Shown here: positions 1-9,807 of the stretch, in pieces | Layout of the letters: the number at the start of each line of letters is the position of its first letter | Numbering within the stretch: the first letter of the stretch is position 1 | Notes under the pieces: generated by a model | Told to the model about the DNA's origin: nothing | What the model saw: the letters and a program-made list of their open reading frames with translations, nothing else | Database searches by the model: none | Assembly (NCBI GenBank): GCA_977862235.1 | Contig: OZ374558.1 | Span: 3,410,001 to 3,474,000 of the forward strand | Direction of reading: 5' to 3' | Length of the DNA stretch: 64,000 bases | From: Dudresnaya verticillata | Taxonomy: Eukaryota | Program-made: the position numbers and the translations under genes

Positions 1-2484
1 ATCAGATTCATCCAGAAGAAAATCCTTGGGAAGCCCACTGCCGACTTCCTTCATAAGAGCTTTAAACGCCATTGTTTTGTTCCTCTTCATTGTCCCAACT
101 ATTGCAGATTCCAGAGCATCCTTTCGGAACAAACATGCGATGGAATTGGATTCATTTCCGACTCTTGCGGCTTCAACTTCGTGGTTAACATCATCGTTGT
201 GACGACCACGAATTTCATATGGCATGCGTATATGTTGTCTGGTCGCCGTGAAGGAGAGGTTCAACTGAATTTTCTCTTTTCGAGTCAGGTTGAGCCCACT
301 CGAACTCTTTCGTAGAATGGATATTCTTTCTGTCATCATTGACAACACAGAATTTTTGATGGCTCCTTCACTTTCGATAATATGATTTTCTTCGGAAGGG
401 AGAAGTTTGCGTAAGACTTCTTCATAAGTGATCTCGTCTCTCTCATTGAAAAGTAGCAAAATGCATGCCTGAACTGTAGAGAGCTCTAGATCTAAGTGCT
501 GAAACGATGCACGGCCACAAAACAGATTTGTCCGAACTGAAACATTACCAAGCGCATGTAGCCAATGAATTGATGTCCTCTGCAAACTTGAGTTGTGGAA
601 AGCTTCGAACTGTTCGCCCAAAGACACCAGTTGGGCCGGGAGGGAAAGCGAGATGCGCTGAAAATCAGGCCACTGAATGCCATGCAAGGCCAAGGTGCTG
701 AACATTACATCGTTGACTGGCACAGCAATTCGTCCGTGAGGGAGTAATGAAAGTTCAACTGCTGGAACCGATCTAGCAAAGGACCAGGAAGTACGCACTG
801 AATTGCGTATATCCTCGACCATTTTCTGAAGCCTTCGGGCACGGGAAACAGGGCAGCTCCTGCTGAGTTGAATAGCAAATGACATTTCCAGTTCTATGCT
901 GTTAGAAGTGCCCAAGAGCAGCCGATTTGACAAAAGTTCTTGGAAGTCTTCAAAAAACTGTTCCGAATTCAAGCTGGATGCAAGTTTGACTACATTCGCC
1001 AGCAATTCCTTTCTATTCCATTCGGAAGGTGTTTCGCTCTTCTTTGTAGTTTTCAAGAGGAGGCGGTGTGCATAGAAAGCCAATGCCTGTGCGATCCAAG
1101 AGCCGTTTTCATCCTCAAAGCAAAAAGCGTTGCAGAGCCCTTTCCTCACTGCCTTCCTGGTACCATTGCACTTCTCAAAAGAATTCTCAATGATATCTTC
1201 GTATCTTTGCAGAAGGTTAAGAAGACGGGTTACGAGACCGTAAATAATAGAATTTTGGTCGCATAGCTGGCTTCCGACTTGGCCTACCGAGATGAGATCC
1301 CAAGTCCTGATTTGGTCAAGTTTCACTGCATCTCGTTCCATCTGAATCAGGCCTCCTAAGTCTTCATGACACTCCAGGTTTCCAATTGCCCTGGCATCAC
1401 CGCGGATCTGGCTTCTGAAAATCTGCTTAATAGTATCCATACATTCCGGAGAAGCACAATAGCTTCGATAAACCAGCGCCAGACCTTCCGTATCTTTCTC
1501 CTTCAGTAGACGAACTAGTCCCGTGTTAGGAGCAAGTAAACACCTGTGATGCCTAACGAAAATTTCATATCCCAGCCGTCCCCAAAAGGATCTGCGCTCC
1601 TTCAACCGCAGAAAAGGTGCAACAAGAGATGAAAGCCTTCTATAACGAGATTTCCCTAAAGTTAAAAACGTTGTAAGATGCTCCAATGGAAGGAGAGACT
1701 TGACCCAGTTCTTCGTGTTGCCAATCACGAGCTTTAAATACGGCAATAGGACCTGTTTCCGAAACGAATTCAGAAACCATTCTTTTGAGAGCACCCGAAA
1801 CCCTCTTCTAAGTACAGAACGGTAGTGCGCAGAAACGTTTGGTGTGTCTGCAACATTTAAATAAAGGACAGAGAGCTGTAGAATACTATCCACAACTTTC
1901 TTCAAACACTTGTCTATAATCTCCTTCCTGAATATCTCCTCGACTGAAACGTGAACTGGGCATGTACTATCAAACGAACTAGATGCATTGAAGAACCCAA
2001 ACGTTCTATGAAGCCATTCAGTAACCATACGAAACTTGCAGCACCCATTCGTGAATAAATGCAGTAGGCTGCTTGGCGAAAGCCCATTCATACGGGACGG
2101 AGTGAGGTACAGTCCGGAAAAGTAGAGATGCACTCGCAGGTATTGGATGAGGCGGCTGAACAAGGCAGGTTTAAGTTTGCTGGCTTGTCGTGACGTGCAA
2201 ACCTCGAAGATTGTGGAGTGAATCTTGCTGCGCTGCTCATCTGTTCCAACGTTCCACTTGGTTTTCTCAGCATGGCTAAGGTGCAGGGAAGCCACCAAGG
2301 GCCGAAGGCCGTTTTCTTCTATAGATTTCCACGCAGTTTTAATATCAATGGATGCGACGGCGGTACCCATTGCCTGGCTTGGGAAGGACATACTTGTTGA
2401 TGAATCAAGAAGGGAAGATGGTAGAGGAGGCTTGGGGGCATGTAAGCCGGTACCGAGGAAATCAAGGCCAAGAGCGGACGGCAT
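1..2484 (-). CDS. Cullin-family protein (divergent), 3' end beyond window start
   Basis: Manual translation of the minus frame (missing from the ORF track because it runs off the edge; spot-checked, not every codon). ATG at 2484, in-frame stop at 2494-2496 just upstream. Cullin-homology motifs FFEDFQELLSNRLL...ELEMSF...RLQKMVEDI, W.HALG, STVQACILLLFNERDEITY; neddylation region RKDALESAIVGTMKRNKTM. Confidence 0.85.
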   Translation of the reverse strand, partial: MPSALGLDFLGTGLHAPKPPLPSSLLDSSTSMSFPSQAMGTAVASIDIKTAWKSIEENGLRPLVASLHLSHAEKTKWNVGTDEQRSKIHSTIFEVCTSRQASKLKPALFSRLIQYLRVHLYFSGLYLTPSRMNGLSPSSLLHLFTNGCCKFRMVTEWLHRTFGFFNASSSFDSTCPVHVSVEEIFRKEIIDKCLKKVVDSILQLSVLYLNVADTPNVSAHYRSVLRRGFRVLSKEWFLNSFRKQVLLPYLKLVIGNTKNWVKSLLPLEHLTTFLTLGKSRYRRLSSLVAPFLRLKERRSFWGRLGYEIFVRHHRCLLAPNTGLVRLLKEKDTEGLALVYRSYCASPECMDTIKQIFRSQIRGDARAIGNLECHEDLGGLIQMERDAVKLDQIRTWDLISVGQVGSQLCDQNSIIYGLVTRLLNLLQRYEDIIENSFEKCNGTRKAVRKGLCNAFCFEDENGSWIAQALAFYAHRLLLKTTKKSETPSEWNRKELLANVVKLASSLNSEQFFEDFQELLSNRLLLGTSNSIELEMSFAIQLSRSCPVSRARRLQKMVEDIRNSVRTSWSFARSVPAVELSLLPHGRIAVPVNDVMFSTLALHGIQWPDFQRISLSLPAQLVSLGEQFEAFHNSSLQRTSIHWLHALGNVSVRTNLFCGRASFQHLDLELSTVQACILLLFNERDEITYEEVLRKLLPSEENHIIESEGAIKNSVLSMMTERISILRKSSSGLNLTRKEKIQLNLSFTATRQHIRMPYEIRGRHNDDVNHEVEAARVGNESNSIACLFRKDALESAIVGTMKRNKTMAFKALMKEVGSGLPKDFLLDESD

Positions 2485-3336
2485 AAGCTCCCTTTAAGTC
2501 GTTTGTTCAAGTTTAGGCTGATAGGATTTACTATTGAAAACGCTTTTTGTCTATTGAACACCCGGGAACAAAATAAGAAGTACAGAGATCATTTCTAAAG
2601 AAATCGCTTGGCCTTGGCGATACGTCTCGTCTTTTGTAGGAATAAATACGTGCATTACAATACGTATCCGTATAGTTGTTCCACATAATGTTTGACATTT
2701 CCCTGTGTATCCAGCGCACATTAAATGTCTCATGCCGTCGTTTTTATTAATTGCCACACATCAGGCAACTACCCAGCACTTGTAAGATTCAGCACGATCC
2801 ACTAGTAACTATTCAAGCAAATAAGAGGGGTCTACAGATGAGCCGCAACTTGTAAATCAAAGACCGGTCCAAAAGTACGTGGCGCGTACAGCCGGACGGC
2901 CTTGTTGTCCATTCCAGAGTCTTCGTTGGTCCCATGGAGTTGACTGCCAAGATTTGCACCATTACTGGTTGATGATCGTTGTTCATGGTTGTTCATGAAA
3001 CTTTATCTGTTTTAATGCCGAGGGGAAGCACAACCTGTGTCCCTTTCGATGCTGCTAGATTACTCCCGGTAGTGTTGATTGGAAGGAAACAGAGTCGGAA
3101 GGGACAGACAAAAGCTTCTCAGCAAAGCCATTTTCCCTTTCGAGAGTAGCAAAACATGTATCCAGAAGCGTTAGGGGCATACATTGCGCTTATGCATCTC
3201 TAATTGTACCATCCTCCTCGGAAAAATTGTACGACACAGGAACTTACTGAATAGTGAATCTATTTACTTTTCTGTTCAAGCTTTTCACAAATATCGCGTA
3301 AGACTCTTCATCCCGATCTCATAGACCAGCATAACT

Positions 3337-4968
3337 CTAGCCAATATCCTTGACGTAATCCTCGCTTATCCTGCTCCCTTCTGACGTCTCCGCCCCAAAG
3401 CAGTACCCTGCTTCTCCGCGTTCCGTCAGCAAGCTGAGACTGCCGGCATCTGTGAGCCTTCTGGAGGAGTCCCCAATACTATACTCGTTATCATCCTTCT
3501 CGGCATCGGAATCCGCTGTCCCAAGTGAGTACACTTCGTCATACACCCTGAAGAACCGCTTCTCCTTATCTGAAAGCTGCACCGGAGACCTTGTCCAATT
3601 CGCTTGAACAGCATTGCGCACAAATGCCCATGCAATTTCGGACGTAGACGTCGGGTTCATTACCACTCGAAGCACCAGAAGGAATGCAAACATGGACGCC
3701 AGTAGCAGCAAAAGCGTCAGCCAGTTGATAATTCGGTAGCTCTCTGTCCATATAACCGACACTGTGTCAAGCATCCCCTTGCCTTCCACGAGGTCCCCCA
3801 CGTCCCCTTCGTCTACATCTTTAATCCCGATTGCGATAGAACCTCGGAAAAGGGCTTGAGCAAAGTGCAGAGTCTGAGTCCCAACTGGGAGCTCTTCGCT
3901 AATGAGAGTGGTGTACCTCGTAGATGGCCTAACGACAAGGCCGTCACGTCCTTTCGTTATGACGACATTTGGGCCTGGAATATTTGGACGATAGTCGAAA
4001 TCGAATGATCTCAACCTCTCCAATGTCATCGTATCGTCCTTCGCGCTCTTTTTGTAGTCGCTGCACAAAAACGCGATAAACTGTCTGTGCACAATTTCAA
4101 TCTGAACGGGCATATCCGAGTGGTCGTACCCGCTTCTATGTCGCATGATACGCCTTTCTTGGTCTGCAAGCGTGAAGAACGCGCGCTGAGAAAATAAGGT
4201 AGAATGTTCGCCAAACTTCACGTAATGTTCATACCCGAATTCATGAACATTGGTTGTGATATTCACGTCCACCTTTGCTAGAGTGTCCAATATCCCTACA
4301 GAGGCAGGACTCAGGTCTGTATTGATGCAACTGTTGATTCTCGTCTCCCCTTGGTCCACTCTTCGGAGTGTTACGGACCGACATTGTTGATATAACGCAG
4401 TACGAACGTTGAATCGAATTTCCTCCCAGTGCGCAAGCGTCGGTCCGATTATTCTTATAGTAGCTTCTTCGTTTGTTATTTTTCTCGGGCTTGGGTCGGT
4501 CAGAATGAGCACGCCAGCTTCTAGGCCAAAGGTAGCCAAAAGAACTGCACTGGCGGTAAAGATAAGAAACAGATTGAGGTTCTTCCATCTGATGGCGGTT
4601 CCTCTTCGCCCAGTGAACAGGTACCGAAAGTTGAAGTCCTCAATGAGGTCAACGCATTGTCTGACGTGGAACGCAAACTTGCTGACCTTCCCTTTCCTGG
4701 TGCGAAGCAATATGGTCGACGCGATATCCTTGATCACGAACAGAAGGAGGAGAGCAAGGACTGCAAGCAGCACATCATCGCGGGCTGTGAGATCGGTTGA
4801 AAAGGAGCTGGTTGTCCTGACTGGAACATGTAACCTGCGGTTGCTAAAGTGGCTGAGCTCCCTAGGCTTGACCGCAGTGATATTGACATGAGCTGTGCCA
4901 TTCGGATTCACGAAAAAGAACTCATTCCCAATCCTGTCTGTTCCGTTTGCGAAGAAGAACGAGGACAT
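3337..4968 (-). CDS. Uncharacterised 543-aa membrane protein (about 3 TM segments, large loop); paralog of 7296-8867
   Basis: Long intact ORF with hydrophobic segments VLLAVLALLLLFVI, LFLIFTASAVLLATFGLEAGVLIL and WLTLLLLLASMFAFLLVL; shares blocks with the 7296-8867 ORF. Confidence 0.85.
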   Translation of the reverse strand: MSSFFFANGTDRIGNEFFFVNPNGTAHVNITAVKPRELSHFSNRRLHVPVRTTSSFSTDLTARDDVLLAVLALLLLFVIKDIASTILLRTRKGKVSKFAFHVRQCVDLIEDFNFRYLFTGRRGTAIRWKNLNLFLIFTASAVLLATFGLEAGVLILTDPSPRKITNEEATIRIIGPTLAHWEEIRFNVRTALYQQCRSVTLRRVDQGETRINSCINTDLSPASVGILDTLAKVDVNITTNVHEFGYEHYVKFGEHSTLFSQRAFFTLADQERRIMRHRSGYDHSDMPVQIEIVHRQFIAFLCSDYKKSAKDDTMTLERLRSFDFDYRPNIPGPNVVITKGRDGLVVRPSTRYTTLISEELPVGTQTLHFAQALFRGSIAIGIKDVDEGDVGDLVEGKGMLDTVSVIWTESYRIINWLTLLLLLASMFAFLLVLRVVMNPTSTSEIAWAFVRNAVQANWTRSPVQLSDKEKRFFRVYDEVYSLGTADSDAEKDDNEYSIGDSSRRLTDAGSLSLLTERGEAGYCFGAETSEGSRISEDYVKDIG

Positions 4969-7295
4969 CTGGCCGAGAGACGTCGCAACGTTGAGACCGA
5001 TGAAGAGGATTAGTACGAGTCAAACAAAGTGACAACTGTAGCTGGCGCAGGATGAAGGTTGGGGCATCGGAACGGGTCGTACGAAGATGTTTCGTGGGTG
5101 AATACGACAAATGGTAAGACACAAGGCTGGGGTTTTCGCACGGAAGAGAAGCAGAGGGGTCACCAAAGAGGCACACGACACAGAGAGATTCTAGCGAGGC
5201 GTCGCAGGAGGTGCAGAAAGGTCTCTCGACATACCTTGTGTGCGGCCTTGTGTTGACATGGGTGTTAGAGCAGTGAGACACTGCTGCAAGACGGGATGGG
5301 GATGACAACACGTATCTTTACAGTGTGGCAAGAAGGCGGACATCAGACTGGTCGGATCGGTCACGTCACGAAAGAATTGACGTGGGGGGTGGTCGTAGCA
5401 TGCATGCGTGTACTTGCACATCCGCCGCCTCAAACTCTCTCGTGTGTCGTGGCACTGTAGACATGAGTTGGAAATGTCGCGGACAATGCGGGATCTTTGC
5501 ACGCCAGTGCCATGGGGAAGGATTGGGGGCGGCATGCACGGAAGAGATGTTGACGGGGGGTTTTGTAGGGCAAAGAAGCGCACTTTGTAGTTTTTCGTGG
5601 CGTCACGCACACGGTTCCACTGTGGCTGGAAGCAATCAATGAGGCAAAGCAGTGATGCAAGTCAAGAGTTGGTGCTTGTCTTGGCAAGAGAGGTCGTCAC
5701 TCCAATCTGTCTTCAGTAAGACAAAGTGGGTCAAAGAGGCTCTATGAAATCAGTATAGGCGCCAATTGGTTAGCTCCGAAAGGGGCTTCTGGTGCCTCCT
5801 GGGGTGCAGTGCAGCTGTATCGAGGGCTATTAGCCAATGCGCTTTCAAAACGCGGCTTAATTTTGATGTTAGACACAATTATGCCTATCGTGCACCTCAT
5901 GCACCTCAATTGCGCCTAAAGTGACTGCAACCCAAAGAGTTGCGTGACTTGTGCCCAGAAAAGCTTAACTCTCAGGCAACACTCACGGCGATGAGGTGGC
6001 CTTCAGGCCCCATGCGACCAACAGGTGTCTTGCGTTGCAGTGACGTCACAGCTTTGTTCGCGATGGATCACCCACCACCTGCAAACGTCGCGTCTTCGAC
6101 ACTTTAACCACCTCTTCTGTCCTCTAGGTTTTCTTCTCAGTCAGAACTTCTCAGCAACCTTTCGGTCTGTGGTACAAGTACTCTAAACAGATTCAAAATA
6201 TCTGACCTTCGCAAAAAGCCAAGGTCGACCAGAAGCCCTTTCGCCTGTAGTAGCCGCTGAGCGATGCACTCGCTGTTGTAGAGTAAAAGTAGACAGTAGG
6301 TCATCTCTTAGGAGATCAAAGTCCTCCTCCTCTGTCGCGTATCAGCACCGGAACGGCAGCTGTTGTAGCTGCGGCTGCTACGTACCCTGCTAAGATCCAC
6401 GTGGAGATATTCAACTCACGCGACCTTCATTAGTCTCATTGCATGCAGGGGCCAGTTTCAGAGAACAAACAACTTGCTTTTCCCAAAACAAAACATTTGT
6501 CGAAGCAGTTGACGATTGGCTTTGCTTGAAAGAGGTGCCGCAGTTGGCAACTGTTCTACTAGAAGCCATCGACTGTAATTTCAGCTTCATCAGTCACATC
6601 CGAAGCGGTGGTATGGATGATATGTAGCACTGTATGAAACTGCAATACTGCCTTTGTAGACACGGTGAAGTGACATCACTGCAGGTCCGGTCGTACAGAA
6701 TGCTTGTTGTGGTTGACAGCGTTGGACTCCTTGACTGCCCCAAGGTGACGCCTTGCTCAACATTCGTGACAGTCGCAGCAAGGCTTTCACTAAGAGAAGG
6801 ATGAATGCCGAGCAAAACCTACAGTAGTTGGTGCGCAACATTGTCACGCATTAATTCAGAGATACTATTACAGTGCCTGTTTGTGGCCTGAGACAACCAC
6901 GATCTGTTCTTCCAGGGCAGCGTATGCCAGCGGGTGACAAGCCCCGTCGTCGCATCTGTGAGCCTTTGCATTCGCATTAGTTCCCGAAGCAACGCAGGTG
7001 CGTACGGAAGAAACTGTCCTAGGTCAGGAAGCGTTGCAAAACGGATTATCCTTCGACGCAAGGGACTGGCGGTTCTAGTGGAAACGAAGTGCGTTTCTTC
7101 TCTCCTCCGTTGTACCCAAGGAAAGGAACTACTGTTTGTGGCAGTGGAAGAGAGCAGCGCACCCTGCGCGATCCATGAGCACTGCATGTGATTATTATAC
7201 CGGTTCGTTTTCGTGTCATTTCGCGTGAGGCTAGACCCGATCAAGGTACTCATTCCGTGTTTAGAAACGAACGGCAAGTGTTCAACGCCTGAACA

Positions 7296-8867
7296 ATGAA
7301 GCAAAAATTTCCCGAGTTTGTGACGTTGATCGACGATGGGGGCAAGCCGTTCTTTTCAGTTAATCCAGAGATGCTGGCAAATACAAGAGGCTTTTGGCCC
7401 GACCGAATGCGAGGAGGCGGGAAGAACATATGCAGCTTCTTGTCCGACTCGATGGAAATTGGTAGAAAGGAGACTGGCATGTTCTCGACGGACCTGACAA
7501 CGAGGGATGACCTTCTGCTTGCCTTCTTGTCCTTGCTACTGTTGTTGGTGTTTGATGGGATTCTAACGGCTGTTCTACTACGCCGAAACAATGGGAGGGT
7601 TAACAACTTTGCCTTTGCGGTCAAGCATTTTTTCGAACTCGCCCGAGAGTTCAAGTTTGGTCGACTCGCCAAAGGGGCGGGCAGATCCCGCGGCCGGGAC
7701 AAGTTGAACGTGAGGCTCTTGATAGTTGCGTCATCGATTCTGTTGGTGACGTTTGGGCTAGAGGTTGGAGTGCTGTACGCGACGACGCCTGGGCTGACAA
7801 ATGTGACGAATGAGCGGGCGACGTTCACGATGCTAGCGCACCTGTTCCCAAAATGGGAGGATGTGCGGAACAGCAGCAGTTTCTTCTCCGAGAAGCCGTG
7901 TACAGCGATCTCACTCATAGGGGTGGACCAGGCGAGCACGACGGTGACGGCGTGCATGGGGGCTGCAATTTCGGGAGACCCGTACGCGGATTTTGGAGAA
8001 CTGCAGGAGACGGATGTGGAGATCGTGTCAGACATGCACAAGTACGGGGCCGAGCACAAGATTACCATCGGGGGCGTCCAAGGCCAATACATTGTGCGGG
8101 GCTACTATGAGCCAGAGCAGGGGGCGCAGAGGTTCCTACAGAAGCGCACGTTTTCGGCGCGACAGGAGGTGCAGCTTGGAGCGATTCACAAGCAGTTTCT
8201 GGCTTTTCTGTACACAATCTACAACCGCGAGACGGGCTCGGAGGCTTTCACGCTGGAACAGCTGCGCGGGCTCAAGTTTGAGAAAGAGGCGGAAGCGACA
8301 TATGGGCCGCCTGTGGACATTGTTAAGGTGCAGCGACGCGAAAAGTTTCGGCGGGTGGTGACGTATCGGTACACGACAAAGGTGCGTGCGGTGATGCCGG
8401 CCGGGCCGCGTGCGCTGCAGTTTGCGCAGCCGGTGCTCAAGGCGTCTGTAGGGGTAGGGATTGGGAAGCCCGACGTGTACGACCTGAAATTCGGGTCGGG
8501 GCAGTTTGGGCCCAACGTTGCGGTGCTTTGGAAAGAGGACTCGCGGCAGCTCAACTGGCTAAGTCTGAGCCTGATCCTGGGGTTTGCGCTGGTGGCGCTG
8601 GGAGTGCTGAAGGTGGTGCTGAAGCCGGTTGGGATTGCGGAGATTGCGGGGATTATCGCTGCTGCCAACGAGAAGGACATGATCGGGGCGGCGCCATTGG
8701 AGCTGCAGGTTGGGGACGAGAAGTTCTTCACGGTGGAGTACGACGCTGGTGTGCCGATCGGGGCCGGGGCTGAGACGAGAGAGCTGGGTAACGGGAAGGA
8801 AGTGGGTGATAGTGGCGGGGATTTGAAAGCTAGAGGAGGGGGCGGGTGGAAGCGAGGGCTGTTGTAG
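7296..8867 (+). CDS. Uncharacterised 523-aa membrane protein; paralog of 3337-4968
   Basis: Intact ORF. Shared blocks FSTDLT.RDD.LLA.L.LLLL, TFGLE.GVL, H..G.EH, H.QF.AFL, FAQ and R..NWL.L.L. Confidence 0.85.
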   Translation: MKQKFPEFVTLIDDGGKPFFSVNPEMLANTRGFWPDRMRGGGKNICSFLSDSMEIGRKETGMFSTDLTTRDDLLLAFLSLLLLLVFDGILTAVLLRRNNGRVNNFAFAVKHFFELAREFKFGRLAKGAGRSRGRDKLNVRLLIVASSILLVTFGLEVGVLYATTPGLTNVTNERATFTMLAHLFPKWEDVRNSSSFFSEKPCTAISLIGVDQASTTVTACMGAAISGDPYADFGELQETDVEIVSDMHKYGAEHKITIGGVQGQYIVRGYYEPEQGAQRFLQKRTFSARQEVQLGAIHKQFLAFLYTIYNRETGSEAFTLEQLRGLKFEKEAEATYGPPVDIVKVQRREKFRRVVTYRYTTKVRAVMPAGPRALQFAQPVLKASVGVGIGKPDVYDLKFGSGQFGPNVAVLWKEDSRQLNWLSLSLILGFALVALGVLKVVLKPVGIAEIAGIIAAANEKDMIGAAPLELQVGDEKFFTVEYDAGVPIGAGAETRELGNGKEVGDSGGDLKARGGGGWKRGLL

Positions 8868-9807
8868 CTCTGTTTGTGAAAGTTTGTTTGATAGAGGAGC
8901 TTTGGGTATATTATTGTTGATGTTGTTGTAAATAGGTTTTGACCTGTACGGTTGTGGGTATTGCAGTAGAGGGCAGGATGGGTGGATGGACATAGTACTG
9001 TAGCAGATGGAGGCCTCCGGGCACTCAAGGTATGTACGGAACGGTACATAAAGGCGGAGAAGGGTCGAACTGCATATTTGTGACGGCAGGAAAGTGAGGT
9101 GCAGCGAAAGTGGAGGCCACGGAGGTTGATTGGGTGTTGAGGGTGTTGAGACGTTGCGACTCAAAAGTTGGGTGTGAGCCGGGTGTGTGGGTGGCGGTGG
9201 GCGGTGGCAGCGAAGATGCGGCACTGACTTTGGCTGGAGCGTGACGCGACGCGGGCAAGGCGGACAGGACGTCGATGGCGGCACGACATGCCACGAAGCC
9301 TCCCGACGTCGACCGTCAGAAGAGAGAGGAGGCTGCGCAGCTCTCTCTCTCCCCGCCCGTCGCACCACGCAGAACAGCACTGACAGCACCGCCAGCGCTG
9401 ACAGCGCGTACACGTGTAAACGCATCTCAACCGCGCTCTCGAGCGGAATCCACGCGCGCCACGTGGCAGCTGTCAGCCGCCGTCAGCCGCGCGCATTCGC
9501 CCAACCGCAAGCGCCGGCACGCGGCCCAATGGGCGCGGCGATCATGGCAGCCGCGATCATGCGCAGCAGCGCCCGCGAGCGCCCGCGAGCGCGCACGCCC
9601 ATCGCTTGCACCCTCCAGCGCGGAACGCACAGCCACCCGCGCCGCTGCCCCGAGCCTTGCCTCTGCGCACGCCCTCCACGCCTCCCCCCCCCGCGCTCAA
9701 AAAACCCCGCCCCGCCCCGCCACCGCCTTCCCTTCCCCCCCCACCCCCCCCGCCCCGCCCCCGCCCCCGCCCCCGCTTCCCCGCCCCGCCTCCCCGACCC
9801 GCGCACC

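Noticed and set aside
9187..9807. N-terminal 207-aa extension of the BCS1 ORF and many overlapping GC-rich ORFs
   Set aside because: Non-ATG start in stop-poor GC-rich promoter DNA; no protein-like signal.
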